From Chiloscyllium plagiosum (lineage: Eukaryota): 64,000 nt of DNA. The notes below the pieces were generated by a model, which saw only the letters and a program-made list of their open reading frames with translations, searched no databases and was not told where the DNA came from. Position numbers and translations under genes: made by a program. Position 1 is the stretch's first letter. The number at the start of each line of letters is the position of its first letter. Positions 12,080 to 23,461 of this stretch are shown here, piece by piece. The stretch is taken from assembly GCF_004010195.1 (NCBI RefSeq), contig NC_057718.1, positions 88,988,229 through 89,052,228 of the forward strand. The letters run 5' to 3'.

Positions 12080-13000
12080 GGAACTTGATAGGACTGAGAG
12101 GATTGTTGGGGGAAAACCAGAACAAAACAACACAGTTTCAAAATTAGGGGACTTTCATTTAAGATAGAAATGAGAAGGAATTTCTTCTCTTAGATGATCA
12201 ATATTCTTTGGAATTGTCTCCTGCAGAGAGCAGTGAATCCTTGGGTCACTGAATATATTCAAAGCTGAGTTTAGACAGATTTTTGATCAACAATAGAGAG
12301 TTATGAGAAGAGGCAGAAAAATAGAGTTAAGAGCAGAACCAAATCAGCAGTGATTATACTGAATGATAGAGCACATCCAATGGGCTAAATGGCCTCATTC
12401 TTCTATTTTCTTATGAGCTGAAAAGAATTATTCATCTCAATCACCATTAGCGATGGATCCAGCGTGATTTTACATTTGCGAGAGTTCCAACGTTTTATTA
12501 TGCGCAGTGTGAAGAATTATTTCTTGACTTAAGTCCTTAAAATTCTGGCTCTGATATTTAGGTTAGTCCTCGACTTTCCAAGTAGCAGGAATGGTATCTT
12601 CCAGCTGTCATCAGTATTTAGGAAAGTTCGATCAAATCATATCTTAGCCCTCTAAATTCCCAGGAGTACAAACTAACTTTGCTTCATCACCTCCCGTACG
12701 TTAACTCTTGGAACAAATCTACACTGCACCCCCTCCAAGACTAATACCTCCTTTCTCAGTGCTCCAGCTGTGATTTGTCCAGAGCTTTGTATGAGTGGAG
12801 CGTGACTTTAATTTTCTTCAGTACTAATCGTATGGATGGAAAGGTCAACCTTCTCTAAGCCTTTTTGATCACTTTCTGTGTCTTCATGACAGTTTAATGA
12901 TCTGTTTACCGGGACCTCAAAGCTTCTTTGGACCTCTAATGCTTTTAACTTTTCACAATTTAAAATTCTGTCCTTTATTTAGGTTCAAAGTGGATCACCT
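12080..13000. mobile_element. Two old CR1 3' fragments, tail to tail (+ then -)
   Basis: gaaatgagaaggaatttcttctct on +; gtgaagaattatttc..ctaaattcccagg corresponds to CR1 on -. Confidence 0.55.
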
Positions 13001-14908
13001 CCTGAATGGAGGGAACTTTGGAAGATTATAGTTGATGCATTTACAGTGTTCTCATAGAATTTTCATATTAACTTGGGACAGCAAACATTTGGTCCTGGTA
13101 GTTTGTTATTGTTTTGTGTCATTGATTTCTCCATTCCTGTTAATTTGTTTTATGTTAATTTTGTTGCATCCTTGTTCCGAGTTGAATAGTGGAATCTTTG
13201 TGACGTTTGGCATGCTGACATTCTCAGCTGTAGCATAAAATGTTTATATCTGCTGGTTGAACAGTACCAATGTTTTATTTATTGCAAATGATCACTTACA
13301 CAATGCAAAACATTGAGGTCATTATATTTGATTGCTGATATAATGATACCCATATTTGACACTGCATCTGGTAACACATGTAACGATACCAATGTGTAAC
13401 TAATTGCTAAACAAATGATACCATTGCATGACTAATTAGTGCTGGATATAATGATATCAGTGTTTGATTTTGCATCTGATTACTGATGTAATTATACCAA
13501 GTTTGGACTGATTCCATCTGCTATCGAGTGTACTGTAGTATTGCCTGGCTAATGCCTCTGGTTGATGTACATGGGAAAATGTCTAAGGGATAGGAGGTAG
13601 GGTTAGGGATGAATACATGCGTTCCTAACTGAGAAAATCTCTACATTGGGCCAAATGCTTTGCTGGTTTTCATACCATATAAATGACTTGGACATTGGCA
13701 GACAGAATGTTGTTTCAGAGCTCATGGATGACACTAAACCTGACAACCCAGTAAGTAGTATCCAGTGTGGGAGCAGAATTCAGGAGCACATAGCAAACTG
13801 GTGGAATGGGCAAACACAGGGGGCTGTACCCCGGCAGCCACGTTTTGACCTTGCATCATGTTGCCCGACATTGTCTTTGGTGAGCTGGTCATTCAGTGGC
13901 CACCTTGTGAGCACACCATCTCCCAGAGGGCAAAGGGAAGGCTCCGAGGAGACTGTCCAGTACTGACCCCACAGTCAGAGGTGAACACCATTGACGGAGC
14001 TCAGAGACATAGAGAGGGGACGCCTCAATTTGGAGGTGACACCTGAAAGTGTTTTAAAAATGGCTTAGCTTCCAAAAGGCGACAGTTAGCAGGCATCATT
14101 TTGGAGGGGCACCGCTGCAAGGGTAGCCCTATGCATATGGTGTATGTGGGTGGGGTGCCTTTAACTGGATATAACATTGGATCCTCTCCCTGTGTCTGCC
14201 ACCTTGATGTTTCTGCTTCAGTGACAGTGATTAGAAAATTCCTATTTGCCCATGGAGAGTAGCCTGAATAGGTCTGATAGTGAAGGGAAATGGAGCTCAG
14301 TGAAGGGGAATGGATCACAGTGAAGGGAAATGGGTCTCAGTGAAGGGGAATGGATCACAGTGAAGAGAAATGGAGCTCAGTGAAGGGAAATGGGTCTCAG
14401 TGAAGGGGAATGGATCTCAGTGAAGGGGAATGGATCACAGTGAAGGGAAATGGGTCTCAGTGAAGGGGAATGGATCTCAGTGAAGGGGAATGGGTCTCAG
14501 TGAAGGGGAATGGATCTCAGTGAAGGCAAAGAGATCTCAGTGAAGGGAAAGGGATCTCAGTGAATGCAAAGGGATCTCAGTGAAGGACAATGGATCTCAG
14601 TGAAAGAAAATGGATCTCAGTGAATGGAAATGGATTTCAGTGGAGGGAAATGGATTTCAGGAAAGGGAAGTGGATCTCAGGAAAGGGAAATGGATTTCAG
14701 GAAAGGGAAGTGGATCTCAGTGAAGGGAAATGAATCTCAATGAGGAGAAATGGAGCTCAGTGAAGGGAAATGGGTTTCACTGATGGCAAATATATTTCAT
14801 CGAGGGGAATTGGATCTCAGTGAAGGGAAAGGAATTTCAGTGAAGGAAAACGGATCTCAATGAAGGGAAATGGATCTCAGTAAAGGGAACTGGATCTCAG
14901 TGAAGGGA

Positions 14909-15139
14909 TAAAAGCAAATTACTGCAGATGCTGGAATCTGAGATCAAAAGAGAAAATGCTGGAAAATCTCAGCAGGTCTAGCAGCATCTGTAAGGAGAGA
15001 AAAGAGCTGACGTTTCGAGTCTAACTGACCCTTTGTCAAAACTGTGACAAAAGGTCAGTTCGACTTGAAACATCAGCTCTTTTCTCTCCTTACAGATGCT
15101 GCCAGACCTGCTGAGATTTTCCAGCATTTTCTCTTTTGG
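14909..15139. mobile_element. Palindromic PLE-derived insert (family C)
   Basis: Arms ~14944-15038 and ~15045-15139 are near-exact reverse complements; flanked by tctcagtgaa(g/a)gga. Confidence 0.88.
15005..15043 (-). ncRNA. Minimal hammerhead motif with U3-A8 core variant
   Basis: Minus strand: AGTT-TTGACAA-A-GGGTC(agtta)GACTC-GAAA-CG-TC-AGCT. Confidence 0.6.
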
Positions 15140-15353
15140 TCTCAGTGAAAGGAAATGGATTTCACTGAAGGGCAATGGCTCTCAGTGAAGGGAAATGGAT
15201 TTAGGTGAAGGGAAATGAATCTCAGTGAAGGGACATAGATGTTCAAAGTTTGGGAGAAGATTTGTAGCTCGGGTGCTCGTTGTTGTGGTTCTGTTCACCG
15301 AGCTGGGAATTTGTGTTGCAGATGTTTCATTCCCTGTCTAGGTGACATCCTGA

Positions 15354-16651
15354 TCAGTGGATCCAGACACTCAATACAATCAACACCGGAATTCTTGGAC
15401 ATCATCAGAAATATACACATAGACAAGGAAGAAACCATGGTCTCATTCGATGTAACGGGACTGTTCACTTCTATCGACAAAACCTTAGCCAGAGAAACAA
15501 TAGCCAACCTGCTGGACATACAGAACAGACAACAGGACGGTGAACCTATCAACAAAGACTGCATACTCAAACTACTGGACCTGTGCCTCACAACACACTT
15601 CACATTCAACAACCAAATATATGAACAAATCAACGGCACACCCATGGGCTCACCCATCTCTGGAATCATAGCAGAAGCGGTAATGCAAAGATTAGAACAA
15701 ACAGTCTTACCGCAAATTCAACCCAAACTCTGGGTCAAATATGTGGATGACACCTTTGTAATCATTAAAAACACAGAAACAGAGAACACACACCGGATAA
15801 TCAACGCCACACTCACAGGAATCCAATTCACTAGAGAGGAAGAAAAGGACAACCAACTCCCATTCCTAGACGTGAGGTTACAGAGAACACCGAACGGAGA
15901 ATTCACCACAAAGGTACACAGGAAAGCAACGAAGTCCTGAACTACGAAAGCAACCACCCCAACACACACAAAAGAAGTTGCATCAAGACACTGTTCAAAA
16001 GGGCCACAACACACTGCAGTACACCAGAACTGCAAAAAGAGGAAGAAGAACAACTCTACAATGTATTCGCCAAAAACGGATACCCCCGCAATTTCATNNN
16101 NNNNNNNNNNNNNNNNNNNNNNNNNNNNNNNNNNNNNNNNNNNNNNNNNNNNNNNNNNNNNNNNNNNNNNNNNNNNNNNNNNNNNNNNNNNNNNNNNNNN
16201 NNNNNNNNNNNNNNNNNNNNNNNNNNNNNNNNNNNNNNNNNNNNNNNNNNNNNNNNNNNNNNNNNNNNNNNNNNNNNNNNNNNNNNNNNNNNNNNNNNNN
16301 NNNNNNNNNNNNNNNNNNNNNNNNNNNNNNNNNNNNNNNNNNNNNNNNNNNNNNNNNNNNNNNNNNNNNNNNNNNNNNNNNNNNNNNNNNNNNNNNNNNN
16401 NNNNNNNNNNGGACAACACTACTATTATAGGACAAGCCAAACAGAGAACAGCCAGGGAATTCCTAGAGGCATGGCACTCATCCATAGATTCAATCAATAA
16501 GCACATTGACCTGGACCCAATATACCGACCACTGCAACGGACAGCTGGAACTGACAACCGGAAGCGACAGATTCAAACCACTACAAATGCCGGAGGAAAG
16601 ATCACAGAAGCGCTTCACAGGAGGCTCCCAAGTACTGAGGATGTCACCTAG
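15354..16651 (+). pseudogene. Penelope RT plus GIY-YIG polyprotein remnant
   Basis: ORF-track pieces 15239-15940 and 16061-16651; a frameshift near 15930 joins KVHRKAT to VLNYESNHPNTHKRSCIKTLFKR; N gap at 16098-16410. Confidence 0.85.
16098..16410. other. Assembly gap (313 N)
   Basis: Run of N. Confidence 1.
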
Positions 16652-16671
16652 ACAGGGGGTGAAACGTCTGC
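16632..16671 (+). ncRNA. Hammerhead motif in Penelope pLTR (family E)
   Basis: GTA-CTGAGGA-T-GTCACC(tagaca)GGGGGT-GAAA-CG-TC-TGC; stem II imperfect. Confidence 0.6.
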
Positions 16672-17339
16672 AACATAAATTCCCAGCTCGGCGAACAAAA
16701 CCACAACAAGGGACATAGATTTTAGGGGAGGGAATTAGATTTCAGTGAAGGAAAATATATTTCAGTGTGGGAAATGTATTTCAATGAAGGGAAATGGATC
16801 TCAGTGAAGGGAAATGTATTTCAGTGAAGGGAAATGGATCTCAGTGAAGGGGAATGTATTTTAGTGAAGAGAAATGGATCTCAGTGAAGGGGAATGGATC
16901 TCAGTGAAGGGGAATGGATCTTAGTGAAGGGGAATGGATCTCAGTGAAGGGTAATGGATCTCGGTGAAGGGGAATGGATCTCTGTGAAGGGGAATGGATC
17001 TCAGTGAAGGGGAATGTATTTTAGTGAAGAGAAATGGATCTCAGTGAAGGAAAATGGATCTCAGTGAAGGGAAATGGATCTCAGTGAAGGGAAATGGATC
17101 GTCTCAGTGAAGGGGAATGGGTCTCAGTGAAGGGGAATGGATCTCAGTGAAGGGGAATGGATCTCAGTGAAGGGAAATGGATCTCAGTGAAGGGGAATGG
17201 ATCTCAGTGAAGGGAAATGGATCTCGGTGAAGGGGAATGGATCTCAGTGAAGGGGAATGGATCTCGGTGAAGGGGAATGGATCTCAGTGAAGGGGAATGG
17301 ATCTCGGTGAAGGGAAATTAACCTCAGTGTGGCAAATAT

Positions 17340-17660
17340 GAGGCCACAAGGGTGGAAACTGGGCAGCTTGAGGCAGCAGTGGGGGCAAGGTCGAGCCTTT
17401 GTGAGGAGTGTGATCTCAACGTGGCCAGGCGCCTATGAAGTGTTATGTTGAACTATTAACTATGTTTCTTTGTTCTTTCACATTTTAGTAAGAAGGACGG
17501 AAACATTTAACTTCTTAACTTGCTTTCATTGTTTTCCTGCTTTGTACAAAGATTCTGTGCCTCAGTACCTTTGTATAAGTGACAGCTTATAACCTTTTCG
17601 CTGTACTAATGTGAGTGAGCACATGTGACAATAAAGTTAATTCAAATACAAATTCAAATT
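17340..17660 (+). mobile_element. Retroelement 3' end, family unresolved
   Basis: catgtgacaataaa followed by a (caaatt)n tail; related reverse copy near 62895-63720. Confidence 0.45.
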
Positions 17661-17779
17661 CATCCCGTTTAGATTTAAAATTGAAAGAACAGAGAGTGAA
17701 AAGCTAGAAACAGTGAGGGTGCAAAAAATGCTGAGGAGGGGCCTAGGTAAACAGGTCATTAAAATGTCATGGACATATA

Positions 17780-18600
17780 CAAAATCTGTTTCAAATGAAT
17801 TCAAGTAAGAGAATGCTGACTTTTATATCGAGAGAACAGGAATACTAGTGAGTTGAAGTTACGTTTCAGTCCCAAAATCACTGGTTAAATCACAGCTCGA
17901 ATACTGTGAGCAGTTCTGGGCACTACATCTTAGGAAGGGTACATTGACCTCAGAGAGAATGCAGCGTAGATTTACCAGAATGATACCAGAACTTCAAGGG
18001 TTCAATAATGAGAAGAGATTACATTAACTAGAATATATTCCCTGGAATTTATAAGGTTAGGGTTTAAGGTGATTAAAGTTCTTAAGAAGATGGCAGCGAT
18101 GGATTTCAAGAGAACATTGACAAGCTGATGGAATGGGAAGAGAAATTTAATGCAAAGAATTGTAAAGTGATATGTTTTGGCAGGAAGGATAAGAACCTAA
18201 AAAAATACTTTCAGAGCTATGGAAAATGGCTGGCAGAGTGAGAATTTCCGAATTGCTGTTTCAGATGACCAGCCGTCAGTCCTCTTTCTGTGCTATACAC
18301 ACTCAAGCATCCAAAAAGGTAAAGGGAAAGTGATAGGGTGTCCACTGCTAACCTGAAATATTAGAGCCAGACCTTTCAAGAGTGAAATGAAGTAAATACC
18401 GCAACACATAAAGAACAATAAATGTTTGGGACTCTGCGCAGTGCAATGGATGGTGGGTCAACTGTTAATTTTTGCTTTGCACAGATATTGAGGGATGTGG
18501 GATAATGGTGGATGTATGTAAATAAGTTGTAAATCGGTCTGCATCATATTGACTAGCAGAACAGACTCGAGGGCCGGAATGGCCTACTCTTGTTCCTACC
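17780..18600 (+). mobile_element. Old CR1 fragments
   Basis: atactgtgagcagttctggg..gcagcgtagatttaccagaatgataccag; tail ggaatggcctactcttgttccta. Confidence 0.55.
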
Positions 18601-18903
18601 AGCCCAAAGATTATGTTCTTTTCACAGCTTCTTACTGTTGTGGGAATGTTGTCGATTATTGTTTGGCATTGCTGATATAATTATACCAACATTAAATATT
18701 GTTACTCAGTGCTAATGTAATGATATCAACATTTGACATTGTATCTTATGCTGATTTAATGCCGCCAATGCATGAATAATTAGGGATGTAATAACACCAA
18801 TGCATGACAGTGTCTTTCTTCTGTAATTATCGAGATGCATGACTCCCTCACATTATAGTCGACAGTGAAGAGAGTTACTAAGATTACAAATGAATCTTGA
18901 TCA

Positions 18904-19043
18904 ATCAGGAATGCATTCCTGATGAAGGGCTTATTGTTGAAACGTCGACTCTCCGGCTCCTCGGATGCTGCCTGACTTGCTGTGCTTTTCCAGCACCACA
19001 CCTTTTGACGGAACTCTCCAGCATCTGCAGTCCTTACTTTCTG
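18904..19043 (+). mobile_element. PLE family A terminus with hammerhead motif
   Basis: attc-CTGATGA-agggcttattgtt-GAAA-CG-TC-gact; starts at the short palindrome atcaggaatgcattcctgat. Confidence 0.8.
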
Positions 19044-19045
19044 TC

Positions 19046-19755
19046 CTTGGGTAGTGTTGTCGAACAGAGAAACCTAAGGGTTCAGGTACACAGTTCTTTG
19101 AAAGTCACGTCACAGGTAGACAGGGTGGTTAAGGCAGCATTTAGCACATTTGCCTTCATTGCTCAGATCATTGATTATAAGATTTGGGACGTCATGTTGA
19201 AGTTGTGCAGGACATTGGTGAAGCCTTTTTTGAAGTACCACATCCAGTTGTGGTTGCCCTGCTATTGGAAGCATATTTTTAAATTGGAGAGGATTCAGAA
19301 AAGATTAACTAGGATGTTGCTGGCATTGGAGGGTTTTGAGTCATAAGTTGGGGCTGGATAGGATTGGACTCTTTGCACTAGAGTGTAGGAGTTTGAGGAG
19401 TGCCCTTATCGAGGTTTATAAGATCATGAGGGGAACAGATAATGTGATTAGTCAAGGTCTTTTCCCCAGGTGGGGGAGTCCGAAAGAAGAGGGCATAGAT
19501 TTAAGGTGATTTAAAGGGACTTGAGGGACAACCTTATCACACGGAGGGTGGTTTAAATATGGAATGAATTGTGAGAGAAAGTGGTAGATGCAGATACTGT
19601 TACAACATTTAAACGACATTCAGACAGGTGTATGAATAAGAAAGGTTTAGAGGGATATATGAGCCAAGCGCAGGCAAGTGGGACTAGTTTAGTTTGGAAA
19701 ACTTGGTCGGCATGGATGAGTTAGACCAAAGGATTTCTGTAAGACTATGACTCTA
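19046..19755 (+). mobile_element. CR1/HER1 LINE 3' fragment
   Basis: LGSVVEQRNLRVQVHSSLKVTSQVDRVVK..LERIQKRLTRML; tail ctatgactcta. Confidence 0.9.
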
Positions 19756-21139
19756 CTTATAACTCTACTGGTTTAATGACATGACTGCACAATTGATTGC
19801 ATTAGAAATGAGTAGCATTGTTTAATATTCCACTCAAAAACATTAGAAGTCGGAGCAGAAGTGAGTCACAGAGCCCAGTAAGCCTGCTCTGCTTTCACTA
19901 AGATCATGGCTGTACCAACTGCTACATCAACCTCATTTTTCTATCCCATTCTGTGTTCCTCAAGTCCCTTAGTGACTACACAGTATTGACCTCGGAGCAT
20001 GTACAGCCCTCTGAAACTGAAAATTCAGAATGTAATGGGAGATTTAAGCAGATGGACAGCCTAAAGATTATGGAGCAAGGGTTTCCTATTCATGGCATCA
20101 AGTCTTTCCAAACATTCAGAGGACTTCAGCCTTAACTAAAAAAATCCCCTCTCTCTCTCTCTCGCTCTCTCTCCATGAGGCATTTGCCTGACAAAGATAC
20201 CCTTTCCCCCTAAAAAGATAGACTACCAGCAAAGGCAAGATGGTCTTTGACTCCTTTGTATGCTATATGTTCAGTAAATGTCTGACTGCTTACCTCTGAG
20301 TGTTGATGTAATGGTACAGTATTGTGTTTGCCATGTTATCTAACTCTTGATAAGATAGATCAATGACTGACTGACTGATTCTTGCTTGTTGCAGACCACT
20401 CTTTGATGTTGAATTACTTGCAGTGACACTAATTTTAATTATTCCAATTGATTGGTGGAATTCAGTCAAACTTGTTGAGATGGGAACCTTGACAACTGGG
20501 CCTACCTGGTTGCTTGACAGGGCCCACAACAGTCTCCTGGCAATTGCAAACTCCCCTCTGATTCCTGACCACAGGAAGTGGGATGTTATTAATGACATTG
20601 AGCCCACCCACAGCTTACTGGTGATTTAGGGATTAAATGGGACTGCACATCTTTGCCACGTTTCCTAAGGCTGCTGGCACATGCTGTTGGGTTTATGGTT
20701 GGCCTGGTGAGCAAGCAGGAGGGCTTGCCTTGTTACCAGGCCTCCTGTGTCTGACTGAGGAATGGGGCATGGAAGGTTCCCCTGAAATCCCAACACCCTG
20801 CCCTGATCACAAACCCTCTGTACTCACCTCTTTTGTGACTCCCTATCCCATGGCCCCCAAGATGCCCTCACTGAACTTTGTCCTGACATCTCTTGGTGGA
20901 TCTTGGGTCTTTGGAGAGCCATTTGCTGACAGCTACCACTGCTCCGGTGGAGCTAATGTGCAATGAGGCTGTCAGTGATTGAAGTACCCAAAGCTGGGGT
21001 CCTGAACCCTGGGGTAGGAGGGACGGTAGTCATTTATGGCACTTAAGACATCAAGTCTCCCTCATGGTGCTGACAGGGACTCCTTGCTAGTTCTCTGATC
21101 AGTGGCTAAAGCCACAAAGGGCCGATTAAACCCCCCTCC

Positions 21140-21585
21140 CACTCCACCAAAGACATGTGAGTCCTGGCTCTCCCCCACCGTCAAATCCAAGCCAGCCACT
21201 GATTGGAGGAGGAATGCCTCATTTTCCGCCTTGGACCTCTTAAACCACTTAGCATCAACATCGACCTCACCAGTTTCCAAATCTCCCCTCCCCCTTCCTC
21301 ATCACAGATCCAACCCTTCAACTTAGCACCTCTCCTACCTGTCCATATCCACTCCACCTTTCCCACTGACCTATCACCATCAGCCCCCCCACCACCTGCA
21401 TCTACCTATCACCTTCCCAGCTACCTTCCCTCCAGCCCCAACCCCACCCTCCTATTTATCCCTCAGCCCCCTTAACTGCCCCACGTTCCTGATAAAGGGA
21501 TTATGCCCGAAACATCGATTGTCCTTCTCCTCGGATGCTGCCTGACCTGCTGTGCTTTTCCAGTACTCCACTTTTCGGTGCTGAT
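21140..21585 (+). mobile_element. 3' end of a GIY-YIG PLE, probable parent of family A
   Basis: EEECLIFRLGPLKPLSINID (PLE endonuclease C-terminal pattern LEE.LIF.L.TL.P.G.N), C-rich UTR, then CTGATAA-agggattatgccc-GAAA-CA-TC and the family A arm. Confidence 0.75.
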
Positions 21586-21627
21586 TAAATCCTGTCCTTT
21601 ATGTTGAATACCTGACAAAGTTACTCT

Positions 21628-22107
21628 ATGAAACTTGAAAGCGTTCAGAAAAGATGTTGCCAGGGTTGGACGATTTGAGCTATAGGGAGAGGCTGAACAG
21701 GCTGGGTCTATTTTCCCTGGAGCGTCGGAGACTGAGGGGTGACTTTATAGAGGTTTACAAAATTATGAGGGGCATGGATAGGATAAATAGACAAAGTCTT
21801 TTCCCTGGGATAAAGAGTCCAGAACTAGAGGGCATAGGTTTAAGGTGAGAGGGGAAAGAGACCTAAGGGGCAATGTTTTCACGCAGAAGGTGGTACGTGT
21901 ATGGAATAAGCTGCCAGAGGAAGTGGTGGAGGCTGGTACAATTGCAACATTTAAGAGGCATTTGAATGGGTACATGAATAGGAAGGGTTTGGAGAGATAT
22001 GGGCCGGGCGCTGGCAGGTGGGACTAGATTGGATTGGGATATCTGGTCGGCATGGACAGGTTGGACTGAAGGGTCTGTTTCCGTGCTGTACATCTCTATG
22101 ACTCTAT
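21628..22107 (+). mobile_element. CR1/HER1 LINE 3' fragment
   Basis: [38 protein letters not shown]; tail ctctatgactctatga. Confidence 0.92.
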
Positions 22108-22882
22108 GAATGAATAACTGCTTCTGGTGTAATATTGGCTACATTGAATTAATTGTTCATACTTTTTAACATGAAATACTATATTTATATCTTTAATTAC
22201 AACCTATAATGTTTGAATCATTGTATCTAATTGGTTAATAAACCAACATCTGCCCCACAGCACTCAATCCTCGCTGTCACTGTACCAGAAGTTACAGCCT
22301 GAACAGACTGTCAATCTATCCAACAGGAATGCATGCCATTTTATTTAACTGAGGCCATCACTAGGGTGGCTTCAGTGAGAGTGGGCAGACAAGAACGGAA
22401 AATGCTAGGGGGAAATTTGATAGAGCTGTTTAAACTCATGGTGGGGTTAAATGGAGTCAGTAAAGTTTCCAATTTGGCTGAATGAGAGGGCCACATGTTT
22501 GAAGCAATTGGTGCAAGAACCAGAGGTGAAATGAGGAGACGCCACTATTCCACAAAACAAGACTGCCACATTTGGAGTTGTAGATATAGCTGCAATGGTA
22601 GCCTTTGAAAGGGAACTTGATAAACTGTGGTGATAGAGGGAAGACTAACTGGATTGCTTTTCAAAAGAGCTAGTACAGGCTGGAGGGATTGAATGGTCTT
22701 CTTCTGTGCTGTGTTGTTCTGTAATACCATGATTTAATGATGAAGATGGTCATCTGGGGTGCCTAGAACACACATTTCTTTCTCTTCTAAGGCATGCACC
22801 TGTCTGGGAGAAACATTTAAGGACTGTGTCCAAGTTCTCTAACTGCTCCTGATTGGTCTTCCCTGTTATTAGCATGTCATCT

Positions 22883-23096
22883 GTGGAATGAACTGCCAGA
22901 GGAAGTGATGGAAGCAGGTACATTTACAACATTTAAAAGACTTTTGGATAAGTACATGAATAGGAATGCTTTGGAGGGAGATGGACCAAGTGCAGGGGTC
23001 CATCTCCCTGCAGGTGGGACTAGTTTAGTTTGGGAACATGGTCAGCATGGACTGGTTGGACTGAAGAGTCTGTTGCCATACAGTATGACTCCATGA
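22883..23096 (+). mobile_element. CR1 3' fragment
   Basis: tggaatgaactgccagaggaagtg..atgactccatgac. Confidence 0.85.
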
Positions 23097-23461
23097 CACT
23101 GAATTTGGTTCCTATTTCATGAGACAAATGCTTGCAGTTATCTGATTACTGATGTTTGACATTCATTGATGTAATTGGACTGAAGTAATGATATCAGCGT
23201 GTGACCATGTCTGAGAGATTGTTCATTAACTGATGTATGTGTCTGACACCGCACTTGATTATTGGCCCAGCCAAGTAATTGACATTTTACTGGAGGGTTT
23301 GTTGTCAAAGGCTCAGCAGCAAGGCTGCGGCAGACCTGTACGACACATACTCAATCAGAGAATTTAAGGAGTGTCTAAAGACAGAATTTGGAGGAGCCAG
23401 GATTGTGAACAACCCTCACCCTAAACCTGTCACAGTGGAGAAATTCCGTCATGGATTCACT

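Larger units (their letters stand above)
15241..16707 (+). mobile_element. 5'-truncated Penelope-like retroelement with inverted 5' pLTR
   Basis: RT motifs SFDVTGLFTSI, GTPMGSPISG, YVDD; endonuclease C-terminus AREFLEAWHS..INKHIDLDPIY; 15279-15351 is the reverse complement of 16638-16709; 13-bp TSD aagggacatagat at 15228-15240 and 16708-16720. Confidence 0.93.
14279..17328 (+). repeat. 20-bp minisatellite (CTCAGTGAAGGGRAATGGAT)n, about 65 units in three blocks
   Basis: Directly visible at 14279-14908, 15140-15240 and 16711-17328, separated by two PLE insertions. Confidence 0.97.

Noticed and set aside
15718..16557. Long ORFs spanning the first gap
   Set aside because: Artefacts of N translation or antisense shadows of the Penelope ORF.
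14279..17328. Minisatellite as a CRISPR array or coding repeat
   Set aside because: No unique spacers; 20-bp period containing TGA stops; eukaryotic context.
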